Below, piece by piece: positions 9,483 to 18,781 of a stretch of 64,000 bases of DNA; the first letter of the stretch is position 1, and each line of letters starts with the position of its first letter. The translations under genes were made by a program, and so were the position numbers. The stretch spans positions 2,024-66,023 of the forward strand of contig DAOURK010000008.1 in NCBI GenBank assembly GCA_030625085.1, read 5' to 3'. This DNA comes from Pseudomonadota bacterium (GTDB lineage Bacteria; SZUA-182; DTGQ01). The notes beneath the pieces are model-generated. The model was not told the origin of the DNA, ran no database searches, and was given only the letters and a program-made list of their open reading frames with translations.

Positions 9483-11189
9483 TCAATAAGGGGCCTTTTT
9501 ATTTTGCGCATTCCCAATTTTACTTTGATCCGGATGACAAAAAGAACATAATAAATCCATTTCTTTCAGACGAAGCTTTTTCCCTTTTCGGCCATCATGC
9601 GGATCATGGCAAGTAAAACAAGCCACTTGGCCATTCGTTGTTAAAGGGATAATTTGAGATGTTTCAGTCTGTGATAACCTGATTCTTTGCTTATAGGAGA
9701 AGTGTCTTCCAAAATTCCTGATAAATTTTCCGATATGATCTACTCCAAAGGGATGCTTTTTCTCTTTATTAGGATGACAGCCTACACAATAAAACCGCAA
9801 CGAGGCTATATACCCAAAGGGTTGATGGTCTTCTCCCTTTGGAGCACTGACCTGCGTATCAGACAGGTTTTCACTTTCCCTCATCGTTGGTGAAGACTTA
9901 TCACCATAATGTTGGAAATGGCACTGCCGGCAACTCTTATTGATGTCATCAATTCTCAATTTCGGCCCGGGTCTGGTATCATGCGGATTATGGCATGAGG
10001 CGCACATAATCTGGCCGGATAAAGTCACAGGAGTAATTTTAAAGGATTGATTATGGGATATATTTAATCTGTCAGTCATGGATAAGCCCGTCCAGATGGA
10101 ATCTATATAACGACCGGTATGATCGGCCCCAAAGGGATGCTTTTTTTCTTTATTAGGATGACAGCCTACACAATATAAACGAAAAGGCGCCTTAAACTTA
10201 AAGCCAAGTTTTTTTTCACCCTTTTCATCAGTATCAACCACATGACAGAAAAAACACCGGTCCTCTCTTATTTCACCATCATCAGATATGGAATCATGGG
10301 GATTTGTCTTCTGGTACTGCTCTTTTACATGACAAACCAGACAAGTCTCCAGTCTTCTCCTATATGGCCCTCCCCGTAAAAACAGGGGGTTTTCCTTCCC
10401 TTCTTGACATCGTAAGTGATGACAGGTAACACAGGTCAATTTCCCGTCAGTTAAGGGGAAATCTTTGGGGATTCTTTTTTTCTTCTCTTCAGAAGGGACT
10501 ACGCCGACAGGATGGTTATCCGCTCTGGCCCGCTTATTATCATGGCATTCTTTACACAGTTTAATCGTATCCTGTTTATATTTCAGATATAAAGGCCGGC
10601 CTTTTTCTCTCGGCTCTTTCTCATGGCACAAAAAACAAAATACCCCGGTTTTATGAATATCAATATTCTCCGCTTCTTTTTTTAAGGTCTCATACCCTTC
10701 TTTAAGCCGGTCGGCCTCTGTTTTATCTGTTTTTACTTCATGGACCCGATGGCAACTGGAGCAGATAACACTGCCGGAGAATAGTTTTAAGGGAAAGTCA
10801 GGTATTTGAGCCTTGAGGGTATTGTAGATTTTTGGCTTCACCATAAGTTGGCAGCTCTCCGGGGTATGACGATGGCAGGTGATACAGATATTTTCGTAGC
10901 CTTTAACCAGGGTTGGCTCTATATTTGCCCCTGCCTCGGGGACATGAAGATGACACTGGTTACATTTAATACGGATGAATCTCTCTGCCCTTTTTTGATT
11001 ATCAAAAGAAAAATGCGGAGTACCGGAAATCTGATCAGCCATTTCAGCAAACAGATACAACTCGGTAAAAGGCCAGGTTATTAAAAGCAGAACCACCGTA
11101 AATCCCAGGCAGGTAATGAATTTATGAAAATAGCTATTAATATCTGGCAGCGCGAACATCTGTCTTTCTAAGCTGTCCCTTTTCAGCAA
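9483..11189 (-). CDS. Multiheme cytochrome c with about 14 hemes and an internal duplicated di-heme module.
   Basis: 14 CxxCH motifs. The protein segment YCVGCHPNKEKKHPFG(A/V)DH...C(A/F)(S/T)CH(N/D)PHD occurs twice. The matching DNA repeat GGATGCTTTTT(T)CTTTATTAGGATGACAGCCTACACAAT lies at about 9760 and about 10140. Confidence 0.85.
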   Translation of the reverse strand: MLKRDSLERQMFALPDINSYFHKFITCLGFTVVLLLITWPFTELYLFAEMADQISGTPHFSFDNQKRAERFIRIKCNQCHLHVPEAGANIEPTLVKGYENICITCHRHTPESCQLMVKPKIYNTLKAQIPDFPLKLFSGSVICSSCHRVHEVKTDKTEADRLKEGYETLKKEAENIDIHKTGVFCFLCHEKEPREKGRPLYLKYKQDTIKLCKECHDNKRARADNHPVGVVPSEEKKKRIPKDFPLTDGKLTCVTCHHLRCQEGKENPLFLRGGPYRRRLETCLVCHVKEQYQKTNPHDSISDDGEIREDRCFFCHVVDTDEKGEKKLGFKFKAPFRLYCVGCHPNKEKKHPFGADHTGRYIDSIWTGLSMTDRLNISHNQSFKITPVTLSGQIMCASCHNPHDTRPGPKLRIDDINKSCRQCHFQHYGDKSSPTMRESENLSDTQVSAPKGEDHQPFGYIASLRFYCVGCHPNKEKKHPFGVDHIGKFIRNFGRHFSYKQRIRLSQTETSQIIPLTTNGQVACFTCHDPHDGRKGKKLRLKEMDLLCSFCHPDQSKIGNAQNKKAPY

Positions 11190-12629
11190 TTAATCCTTCC
11201 AAATTTTGTCAATCACAATCCCCCATGGCTTTTTACCCACTTTAATAACATCTATCACTCGCTCTTTTCCCAAATCAATTACCGAAACAGTGCCGTCCCC
11301 CTGATTAACTACATAGAGGAGCCTTCCGGATTTATCTAAGGCCATGGTGGTGGGAATCATGCCTACCGGTATGACTGCCTCTTTCATATTCATATCCTCA
11401 ATAAGAAAACAAACATCATTTGATTGGGAATTGGCTACATATAGCCTTCGGCGTGTATCATCCAAAATAATATCGACAGGTCCGCTATTGGTAGGTAAGA
11501 TATTAATAATTTTACCGAGTTCTCTATCTATAACCTGAATAACATCCGATCCTTTACTGGAAATATAAATCTCATCGCCGCCGGGGCTTGAGGTAATGCC
11601 AACCGGTTCCGGTCTGGTAGCAATGGTTGCACTTACTCGTCTTTCATTGAGGTCTATAATCATAAGATTATTAGATCGTTGGTTGGTTACATAGGCCCAA
11701 TCCCCCCAGGGCCCCACAGCTACCTGTGAGGGAGATTGACCCACAGGGATATGCTCAATAACCCGCTGTGAATCAGGGTCAATGAGACTGATATTGCCTG
11801 AGCCTTTATTGGCAGTGAGCAATAATCTTCCATCATGAGTTATGGCTATGTCCCCAGGGTTTACTCCCAGCCCAAGGAAGATTGTATCCGTTACCTCTGA
11901 AGTTAGGGTATCAAGAACTGAAATACTGTCGGAACCCGAATTAACAATATAGACTTTGGCTCTATCAGGAGACATTACTATCCCTCGAGGTTTGTCCCCC
12001 ACTGGGACTGTCTCTATGATAGATCTGCTCAATTGATCGAAGATCACTACACAATCTCCTGCTTCATCGGTCACATAGGCTTTAAGCCCTCTCAGTCCAA
12101 CCGACCGTATACCCGGTTTGATAAAAGAGGTAAGAATAAAAGCATCCTTTTTCTTATCCCTCTCAAGTCCGCAGATTATTTTGAGGAGAAGGCTCTTTCT
12201 TTCCCATGGTCCGATCTCAATATCAGTATCATAAGTAATATTTTCAGTTTTGACGGATAAAGGGGTCAACTTCCCTTCAGTGAAGAGGAAGGCCTCTTGA
12301 AGAGAAAAAACAAGACCGGTATATAAATCGGGTTTGATGGAAAAATCTCCTAACAGGACCTTTTTGGGTGATTTATTAAGCATAAACTTTTCATTGATGG
12401 GAATAGTTACAGCTTGTTCCACACCCTCCCTCTTCAGGGTTAATTCGCCAATTATTATCGAGATGTCCTGCCCACCCTTTGAAACCAGCTCCAGGATAAT
12501 GGAAAGGTGACCATCGAAACCGGTCTGAGTGTAAGATGGACGATAGGCACACGACAGGGTGAGTAAAAGACAAATGAAAAATATGGGCCCAAACCAAAGA
12601 CCGGAAAAGAGATTGTTTTGGTTTTTCAC
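11190..12629 (-). CDS. YVTN-family beta-propeller lipoprotein.
   Basis: Repeated 40-residue blades are visible (YVTDEAGDCVVIFD, YIVNSGSDSISVLD, YVTNQRSNNLMIID, YVANSQSNDVCFLIE, YVVNQGDGTVSVIDL). The lipobox-like sequence LLTLSCAY is present. It starts immediately after the stop of the 14-heme cytochrome. Confidence 0.75.
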   Translation of the reverse strand: MKNQNNLFSGLWFGPIFFICLLLTLSCAYRPSYTQTGFDGHLSIILELVSKGGQDISIIIGELTLKREGVEQAVTIPINEKFMLNKSPKKVLLGDFSIKPDLYTGLVFSLQEAFLFTEGKLTPLSVKTENITYDTDIEIGPWERKSLLLKIICGLERDKKKDAFILTSFIKPGIRSVGLRGLKAYVTDEAGDCVVIFDQLSRSIIETVPVGDKPRGIVMSPDRAKVYIVNSGSDSISVLDTLTSEVTDTIFLGLGVNPGDIAITHDGRLLLTANKGSGNISLIDPDSQRVIEHIPVGQSPSQVAVGPWGDWAYVTNQRSNNLMIIDLNERRVSATIATRPEPVGITSSPGGDEIYISSKGSDVIQVIDRELGKIINILPTNSGPVDIILDDTRRRLYVANSQSNDVCFLIEDMNMKEAVIPVGMIPTTMALDKSGRLLYVVNQGDGTVSVIDLGKERVIDVIKVGKKPWGIVIDKIWKD

Positions 12630-12744
12630 GGACGTATTCCTCCTTATTATTTTCTAGCGGAGCTTCGCCGATGCTGGTTTCCGGATACTGGATGCCGGAT
12701 AAAAACTGGACTCATTTGTTAAGTTTTTGCCCTATAAAGAACGA

Positions 12745-13995
12745 CTAATACGCATGGCATTCATTACATAACTGCTTTGAACCATCCAGTCGCATAAGCT
12801 GCGGGAATTCGGCCTCCATCATATTATGACAGGTTATGCAATCAATAAGGGACTTATCTCTCGGATCTATGGCTTTTTCACCCACCGGATGACAGAGCCC
12901 CTTTTGTCGCTTGTGACAATCGATGCAAAGGGTAAGAGGGGAAGTTTTTAAAAATTTCAGCTTGTCCGAGGCATGAGCATCATGACAAGTAGAACATTTC
13001 CCTGCTGAAACCTCCGGATGACGGTTAAGTCCCTTTTTCTGCACTCTGAGCCTTTTTCGTATATCCTGATGGCAGGCCGTGCAAAGAGGCCTATCACTCC
13101 TTCTCACCAAATCCTCTCTTTCCGAACCGTGGGGATTATGGCAGAAGACACATTCATCCCGGCCGGATACAATATGACTTTTCTCTTTGGCCTTAAACTT
13201 CTCTTTGGTTTTTGGATGACAGGCATAACAGTCTTCCGCTCTGGCGGTAACGGGTCCGGAACCTGATGAATCAGGGTGACATTTCAGACATTCTTTTTGG
13301 GTATAAGGATCATGTGAGAAGCTAAAGAGTAAATTCTTTTTGTTGGTAGAATGAGGATTATGACAGCAAAGACAATCAACTTGATTGATCTGAAAATCCG
13401 GGTGTTCAGCTTTCAAGCTTTCCGTTGTATGGCATTGAAAACACAGTTGAGGTGATAACTGGGTAAGTAGTAAGGGGTTTTGAGAACTATGGGTTTGATG
13501 GCAAATGGTACAACTGCCTTCTTCAACCGGTTGATGAACATATTCCTTTTCAAATGATGCCTTATCATGACACTGATAACATAAATCCTCTCCCTCCAGC
13601 CTTAAAAGACTGGTGTAAGGTGATACATGCGGCTGGTGACACTTAAGACACTCTCCATATTCCACCGGAAGATGCACTGTTTTATCTTTAAGCCAATTCC
13701 TGTTGGATTCATGACACCCATAGCAAAGAGCATCTCCAATATTAAGCAGAAGATTTTGGTGCTTGGCTGCATGGGGTGTATGGCAGGAGATACATTCTTT
13801 GACGTTTAAGGCCTGATGGGGCTTGCCCTCTTCTAATTCCTCTTTCATTTCCGGATGACAATCAAGGCATGCTTGCTTTAAATCGGATTTTAATATTGCT
13901 TTTGCCTTTACCTGCACTACCTGCCGGCCTAAAATCAGACCAATAATAATAACCCCTAATAATAAACTTAATCTTGATCCAGCTATTTTTTTCAT
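12745..13995 (-). CDS. Multiheme cytochrome c with about 16 hemes and a repeated CxxCHxPH motif.
   Basis: 16 CxxCH motifs, most followed by xPH and then LL about 8 residues later (CISCHTPHAAKHQNLL, CLKCHQPHVSPYTSLL, CLCCHNPHSTNKKNLL). The track start at 14088 overlaps the upstream gene. I prefer Met32 (MKKIAGSRLSLLLGVIIIGLILG, a signal-like sequence) at 13995; Met24 at 14019 is the alternative. Confidence 0.8.
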   Translation of the reverse strand: MKKIAGSRLSLLLGVIIIGLILGRQVVQVKAKAILKSDLKQACLDCHPEMKEELEEGKPHQALNVKECISCHTPHAAKHQNLLLNIGDALCYGCHESNRNWLKDKTVHLPVEYGECLKCHQPHVSPYTSLLRLEGEDLCYQCHDKASFEKEYVHQPVEEGSCTICHQTHSSQNPLLLTQLSPQLCFQCHTTESLKAEHPDFQINQVDCLCCHNPHSTNKKNLLFSFSHDPYTQKECLKCHPDSSGSGPVTARAEDCYACHPKTKEKFKAKEKSHIVSGRDECVFCHNPHGSEREDLVRRSDRPLCTACHQDIRKRLRVQKKGLNRHPEVSAGKCSTCHDAHASDKLKFLKTSPLTLCIDCHKRQKGLCHPVGEKAIDPRDKSLIDCITCHNMMEAEFPQLMRLDGSKQLCNECHAY

Positions 13996-14011
13996 AGTAT
14001 CTTCATAACCC

Positions 14012-15985
14012 TCATTCATGACATGCTCGACAATTTTTCTCAATGAAGGGCAGGTGTATATGGGGTAAAAACAGCCCCTCTTCCTCACTCATATGGGGAT
14101 CGTGACAAATCAGGCAATTGCTTTTTGCCGCAGGGATACCCATATGACTTTTTGGAAACTCAGGTCCTTCAACGTTATGACAGCCAATACACAAATTTCT
14201 TTCCTGCGCCGTAAGGAGCCCTTGATAAGCCGAATCATGCCCGCTGTGGCATTCTAAACAATCTCCCTTGATAATGGGTGAATGCACCACCATATTCTCT
14301 TTTTCTATCTGCTCTTGCATTTCCTCGTGGCAAAAGAGGCACAAACTGCCGGTCGAACTTCTTAAATAATGGTCCAGCTTATTCCCATGGGCATTGTGAC
14401 AAGATATGCACTCCTTCTTATTCAACGGCTCGTGCACTACTTTTGCCTCATTTATCTTTTTTTCGATTGAATCATGGCAGCCATTGGCCATACATACCTG
14501 ACTGCCGGGTAACAGGAGCACATTATGATATCGGCCGGCGTGGGCATCATGGCATCCCAGGCATTGCCCTTTCTGGCTTAAAAAATGTAGGTATCCTTCT
14601 TTTTGTCCCGCTGCCAAGTCAGAATGACATTGAAAACAAACCTTATCGCTTGTGGTCGTCAGGAGGTTGTCCTGAACTGATACATGGGGTTCATGACAGT
14701 CTTTACAAGTGCCTTCCGCAATAGGCGTATGAATATGAACATTGGAAAATTTTTCTTTTTCCTTTGTGTGGCAATCAAAACAAAGCGCTGCCTTCGGTTT
14801 TTTGGCCTGCCCCGGAAAATCAGTGGCATGAGCATCATGGCATACGAGGCATTCCCCTTTGTCTACGGGTTGATGCATACAAGGGCCCTGAAAATCTTTT
14901 CCCGGGTGGCAGAGAGCACAAAGGTCCCGGCCGACTGCTTTGAGTTGATGCTTCTTATCGGCACCATGAGGAAGATGACAACTGCTGCATCCCTCTTTAT
15001 CCGAAGCCGTATGAGTAAAGGCCTTATTGAATATATCCCGAGTCTCCTGATGACAGGAAAAACAAAGTTTCCTTTCCTCCCGGTTCATAAGGGCGGAATG
15101 ATTCGATGTATGAGGATCATGACAGGTCAGGCAATTGCCCTTCACCGTAGGATCATGAATAAAATTTCTTCTCAATTCCTTTTTCATACTGCTGTGGCAT
15201 TCCAGGCATAATTCCGACCCAGTCTTAGTGGTTTTAAAGGGAGAAGGGTCAGTGGGGGCGAGATGACATTCCCGGCATTGACCGCCTACCATGGGCTTAT
15301 GGACGGTAATCTTCAATAACCCTTTTTCCTTTGCAGAGTGCGGGTCGTGGCAGGAAAGGCAATGTTCTCCTTCCAGTGTATAGCCCTCGTGGGCCTCTGT
15401 TAATTCCTGATTTACCGGATGACACTTTAGACACAGATCTTTTGATGGGCTTACTATCTGGTCCGGATAATCAGAGGCATGGGGCATATGACAAACCAGG
15501 CACCCTGTTTCTTTGAGCGGGCTATGGATAACCGCCCTTTGAAAGGGTTCTTTGTTATGACAATCATAGCATACCTCATCACCCGCTCTCTTTAATAAAT
15601 CAGGCAGATCTGCCGAGTGCGGATCATGACAGGGAGAGCATTTTCCCATCTTAAACTGAGAATGCTGATACTGCTTTTGGGTAAGCGCCTCCTCCTCTTT
15701 ATGGCAGGTATAGCATACCTTGGCCTCTACCCCCTCCCAAAGGTGTAAAACCCCCACTGTCCCATGGGGTTCATGACAAGCCTTACAATCCTTTTTCTTA
15801 ATAGGGTCATGGACTTCTTTGCGAACAAGATAGGCCGTAAGTTCTTTTTGATGGCAGCTATCACAAGTGCGGCCGGCAAAACGGGCCTCCCTGCCCGCCC
15901 TCCCTTTGGGCGCACAAGAACAAAGTATCAGGCATACGGGTATGGTCAAAAGCCACAAAAAATATACTCTTCTTACATTTTTCAC
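14012..15985 (-). CDS. Large multiheme cytochrome c of 657 aa with about 26 hemes and a signal or lipoprotein N-terminus.
   Basis: 25 CxxCH motifs plus one CxxxxCH. The spacing is regular with CxxCHxPH-type repeats. The N-terminus is MKNVRRVYFLWLLTIPVCLILCSC. Confidence 0.85.
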   Translation of the reverse strand: MKNVRRVYFLWLLTIPVCLILCSCAPKGRAGREARFAGRTCDSCHQKELTAYLVRKEVHDPIKKKDCKACHEPHGTVGVLHLWEGVEAKVCYTCHKEEEALTQKQYQHSQFKMGKCSPCHDPHSADLPDLLKRAGDEVCYDCHNKEPFQRAVIHSPLKETGCLVCHMPHASDYPDQIVSPSKDLCLKCHPVNQELTEAHEGYTLEGEHCLSCHDPHSAKEKGLLKITVHKPMVGGQCRECHLAPTDPSPFKTTKTGSELCLECHSSMKKELRRNFIHDPTVKGNCLTCHDPHTSNHSALMNREERKLCFSCHQETRDIFNKAFTHTASDKEGCSSCHLPHGADKKHQLKAVGRDLCALCHPGKDFQGPCMHQPVDKGECLVCHDAHATDFPGQAKKPKAALCFDCHTKEKEKFSNVHIHTPIAEGTCKDCHEPHVSVQDNLLTTTSDKVCFQCHSDLAAGQKEGYLHFLSQKGQCLGCHDAHAGRYHNVLLLPGSQVCMANGCHDSIEKKINEAKVVHEPLNKKECISCHNAHGNKLDHYLRSSTGSLCLFCHEEMQEQIEKENMVVHSPIIKGDCLECHSGHDSAYQGLLTAQERNLCIGCHNVEGPEFPKSHMGIPAAKSNCLICHDPHMSEEEGLFLPHIHLPFIEKNCRACHE

Positions 15986-16009
15986 TTCAAAATCTCCCTT
16001 ATTTATTCC

Positions 16010-17725
16010 TTAACCTCCCACATTTGACAATATGATCTGAAGACGGTCCTCAAAGATAATAACCTCAGAGGATGCCCTTAAGATACGCTCCCATTTCTCA
16101 ACGGTTTCATTAAAGCGCTCCCTGAAAAGCTTATCACGGGAGGCTTTTTTAACCTTATCAAAGGGGAAGATTTCTCCTCCCCGGCGTCTTTTTAATTGAA
16201 AGATACTGTGCCCCATGTCCCAAGATACTGGCCCGATCACCTCACCCACTTTAGCCTCGATAAGCCCCTCTTTGACGGGCGGGGATAATGAGTCCAAGGG
16301 AATCCAGTGCCTGCTGATCATTCTCTTGTGCAGAGACCTTTTTTTTAGAAAAGTAAAATCGGCGCCGGCCCCCAACTCATCATTTATTTCATTGGCTTCT
16401 TCTTTTGTTCTAACCCGGATCTCCTCCACCTTAACATAGCGGGGACTGCAAAATAAATCGGGATGCTCCTCGTAATACGTCTTAACCTCCTCATCAGTTA
16501 ATTTAATTGAGGGGAGAAGGAGTTTTCGGTAAAATTTCTTATAAAGGATTTTGTCCCCGGCGGCTTTAGCTGCTTTTCTCACCTCAGGGCGGTTTTCATA
16601 TCCCCGACTGAGAGCCTCTTGATCTATCAGCAAGCAATCAATAAGGTATTGTAATCTGTTTTCGATCATGGATTGTCTGTCCTCAGGGCCGGCTTCCTTA
16701 AACTCCTCTGCCTTTAGGCCCTTTTTTAACTCAGCCAGGCTAATAGGCTCATCATTTACCAGAGCAGCGGGCAGGTTAGGATCATTACCTTCCATATTTA
16801 CCGAAGCAGCAGGCAGGTTAGGATCTTTAGCTTCCATGAAAAGTGAGTTTGGATCTAAGGCCGGTCTAGATATTTTTGCCTTTTGTCGAAGCTCTTCCAA
16901 ATAGGCAACTTCTCTTTCCCGGCGATGTTTTTTTAATAAATCTTTTCGTATACTTTTTTCATTCCTTTGAAAGGAATTCCGGGAAGGTGAAAAGCGCTGT
17001 ATCTCTTTTTCCAGCAGGTCATTATCGATTAATTGCCAAAGGGCATATTCCCAGGGTATCTGTCCTTCCGAGGTTTCAGTAGGCTTTATATCCTTGAAAA
17101 GATCATGACCGCTAATTGATTTCCCATTGTACTTAGCCGCAATTTTATTCGGATCATATTGTTCTTCCCCCGGCTGGATATAATTGGGATCAACTTCCAG
17201 CTTTGCACTCTTCCTGAGCATTGACAGATAATTTTTCGTTTCAGTACTTTGTGTGTTGGGATCTGCAGAGTATTCCTCCCTTATTTTTTCCGGCTTAGTT
17301 CGGCGTTTTTCAAGCCGGGCACAATACTCCTCCCAGGCCTCATCATCAGTTACCCGCACCTTATCGTAAATCTCTTCTTTATGAAGGTACAAAATGGATT
17401 GCCTTTTCAGTTCTGCCTTAACGGTCAGGACCACCTCAGGAGCTTGGTCCAGTCCTGTGCGAACAGCCTCTTGAATAAAAAGCCGATTCCTGATCAATTT
17501 ATCCAAAAAACCCCTAATATCAAGTGAGTCGATCTTTCCATCTTGTCCCTTTTGAATATGCAATCCCTCTAAGGCATTCCTGAATTGAGCAAAGGTAATC
17601 TCCTCATTATTCACCATAACAAGTGGTGTTTCATCTTTTATTTCAGTCTTACAGGACAGAAAAACAGTAACTAAAAAAATCAGTGCCGCTATTTTTATTG
17701 TCTGTTTACACCTTAAATTCATCAA
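16010..17725 (-). CDS. Periplasmic chaperone with a PPIC-type (parvulin) peptidyl-prolyl isomerase domain, SurA/PpiD-like, probably a lipoprotein.
   Basis: A SurA-like N-terminus (VMVNNEEITFAQF) is present. A parvulin-like C-terminal segment runs DEEVKTYYEEHPDLF...VKVEEIRVRTKEEANEI...GADF...GHSIFQLKRRRG. The signal sequence is FLVTVFLSCK. A 39-bp tandem repeat inside encodes DPNLPAA(S/L)VN twice. Confidence 0.6.
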   Translation of the reverse strand: MMNLRCKQTIKIAALIFLVTVFLSCKTEIKDETPLVMVNNEEITFAQFRNALEGLHIQKGQDGKIDSLDIRGFLDKLIRNRLFIQEAVRTGLDQAPEVVLTVKAELKRQSILYLHKEEIYDKVRVTDDEAWEEYCARLEKRRTKPEKIREEYSADPNTQSTETKNYLSMLRKSAKLEVDPNYIQPGEEQYDPNKIAAKYNGKSISGHDLFKDIKPTETSEGQIPWEYALWQLIDNDLLEKEIQRFSPSRNSFQRNEKSIRKDLLKKHRREREVAYLEELRQKAKISRPALDPNSLFMEAKDPNLPAASVNMEGNDPNLPAALVNDEPISLAELKKGLKAEEFKEAGPEDRQSMIENRLQYLIDCLLIDQEALSRGYENRPEVRKAAKAAGDKILYKKFYRKLLLPSIKLTDEEVKTYYEEHPDLFCSPRYVKVEEIRVRTKEEANEINDELGAGADFTFLKKRSLHKRMISRHWIPLDSLSPPVKEGLIEAKVGEVIGPVSWDMGHSIFQLKRRRGGEIFPFDKVKKASRDKLFRERFNETVEKWERILRASSEVIIFEDRLQIILSNVGG

Positions 17726-18293
17726 GAGTTTCCTTTATTTTGGTTATCTCCTTTTCCAGATCAGACATACCCCCGCTGATCACCTCCATATTCGAATCCT
17801 GCACTGCCTTAACCATCCGGTTATAAATAGCTTCCATTTGTTTATTATTTTCTTTGAGTAAAAGCACCCTTTCTCTCATTTTTTTCATCATCTTGGTAAC
17901 TTGACCAGCCAGGTCCTTCAGCTCATCTCCTGAGCGAAGATTCAATTGACATTCGGACAGATCACCATCAGCCACCATATCCAGGACTTTTTCTATCCGG
18001 TATAGCGGACCGGCCAGATATTGAGGAAAAAACAATGTTAATGCCAGGGCTACAACCAAGCCGGCCATCGTGCCGATAATAACCATGGGAAAAATAAGGG
18101 TCTTAAAATTATCCAATTGCACATGAAACTGACGATACGTTGAAGCCACCTCTTGGTGACTGCCAAGCCAAAAAATTGCTCCGCTGATTATCACGGCCGT
18201 CATAATGATGACAGAAATTTTAAAAAAGAGTCTAATCTGCATACCTCGTTTAATGGAAAGATTGATCCTTTTTCTTTTTTTTCCTTTTTTCAT
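17706..18293 (-). CDS. Small membrane protein with two TM helices followed by a HAMP-like or coiled-coil domain and no output domain.
   Basis: Hydrophobic segments IIMTAVIISGAIFWL and FPMVIIGTMAGLVVALALTLFF are followed by a HAMP-like region (AGPLYRIEKVLDMVADGDLSE...ELKDLAGQVTKMMKKM) and a heptad-rich tail. Confidence 0.45.
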   Translation of the reverse strand: MKKGKKRKRINLSIKRGMQIRLFFKISVIIMTAVIISGAIFWLGSHQEVASTYRQFHVQLDNFKTLIFPMVIIGTMAGLVVALALTLFFPQYLAGPLYRIEKVLDMVADGDLSECQLNLRSGDELKDLAGQVTKMMKKMRERVLLLKENNKQMEAIYNRMVKAVQDSNMEVISGGMSDLEKEITKIKETLDEFKV

Positions 18294-18295
18294 CT

Positions 18296-18781
18296 TTATT
18301 TATAATACCTTTCCCCGTGACAGGCAATGCACAATTGGGCCGAGACCGGTTTTCTGCCCAGATATTCCTCATCACTCCCATGAGGCGTATGGCAAGTAAG
18401 GCAAAGAATCTGTCCGAATGATCCCTTCGGCAATTCCTCGGGTATGCGAATCTCCTTTGTCGGATATACCCCCACAGGATGGGAAATACCTAGATTCTTT
18501 TTTGTATGACAGCAATAACACACATTTATTCCTATGTCATCCACAGAGCGCAACCCCTGCTCATGATTTTCGTCTTTTGAAGGCTCATCCGGTAACACAT
18601 GACAAAAAGAGCATTTTTTTTCCGAAAAAGGTTGATGAACATAGGTATACGCTTGTTCTACCACCTTGTTATGACATTCCAAACATTTCAAATCCTGCTC
18701 AGTTTCCTGAGCGCGACCTAAAAAGATTGAAAGACAGATAAAAACAAATACACCTAAAACTGCCCAGTGGATAGGCCTCAT
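18296..18781 (-). CDS. Pentaheme cytochrome c, periplasmic, with signal peptide.
   Basis: Motifs seen: CLECH, CSFCH, CYCCH, CLTCH, CIACH. The signal sequence is MRPIHWAVLGVFVFICLSIFLGRA. Confidence 0.8.
   Translation of the reverse strand: MRPIHWAVLGVFVFICLSIFLGRAQETEQDLKCLECHNKVVEQAYTYVHQPFSEKKCSFCHVLPDEPSKDENHEQGLRSVDDIGINVCYCCHTKKNLGISHPVGVYPTKEIRIPEELPKGSFGQILCLTCHTPHGSDEEYLGRKPVSAQLCIACHGERYYK

Noticed and set aside
12745-14088. Track start at 14088 for the 16-heme cytochrome (a 76-nt overlap with the upstream gene).
   Set aside because: The first 31 residues are not signal-like, and the overlap is long. Met32 at 13995 (MKKIAGSRLSLLLGVIIIGLILG) gives a proper signal peptide and a 17-nt spacer.
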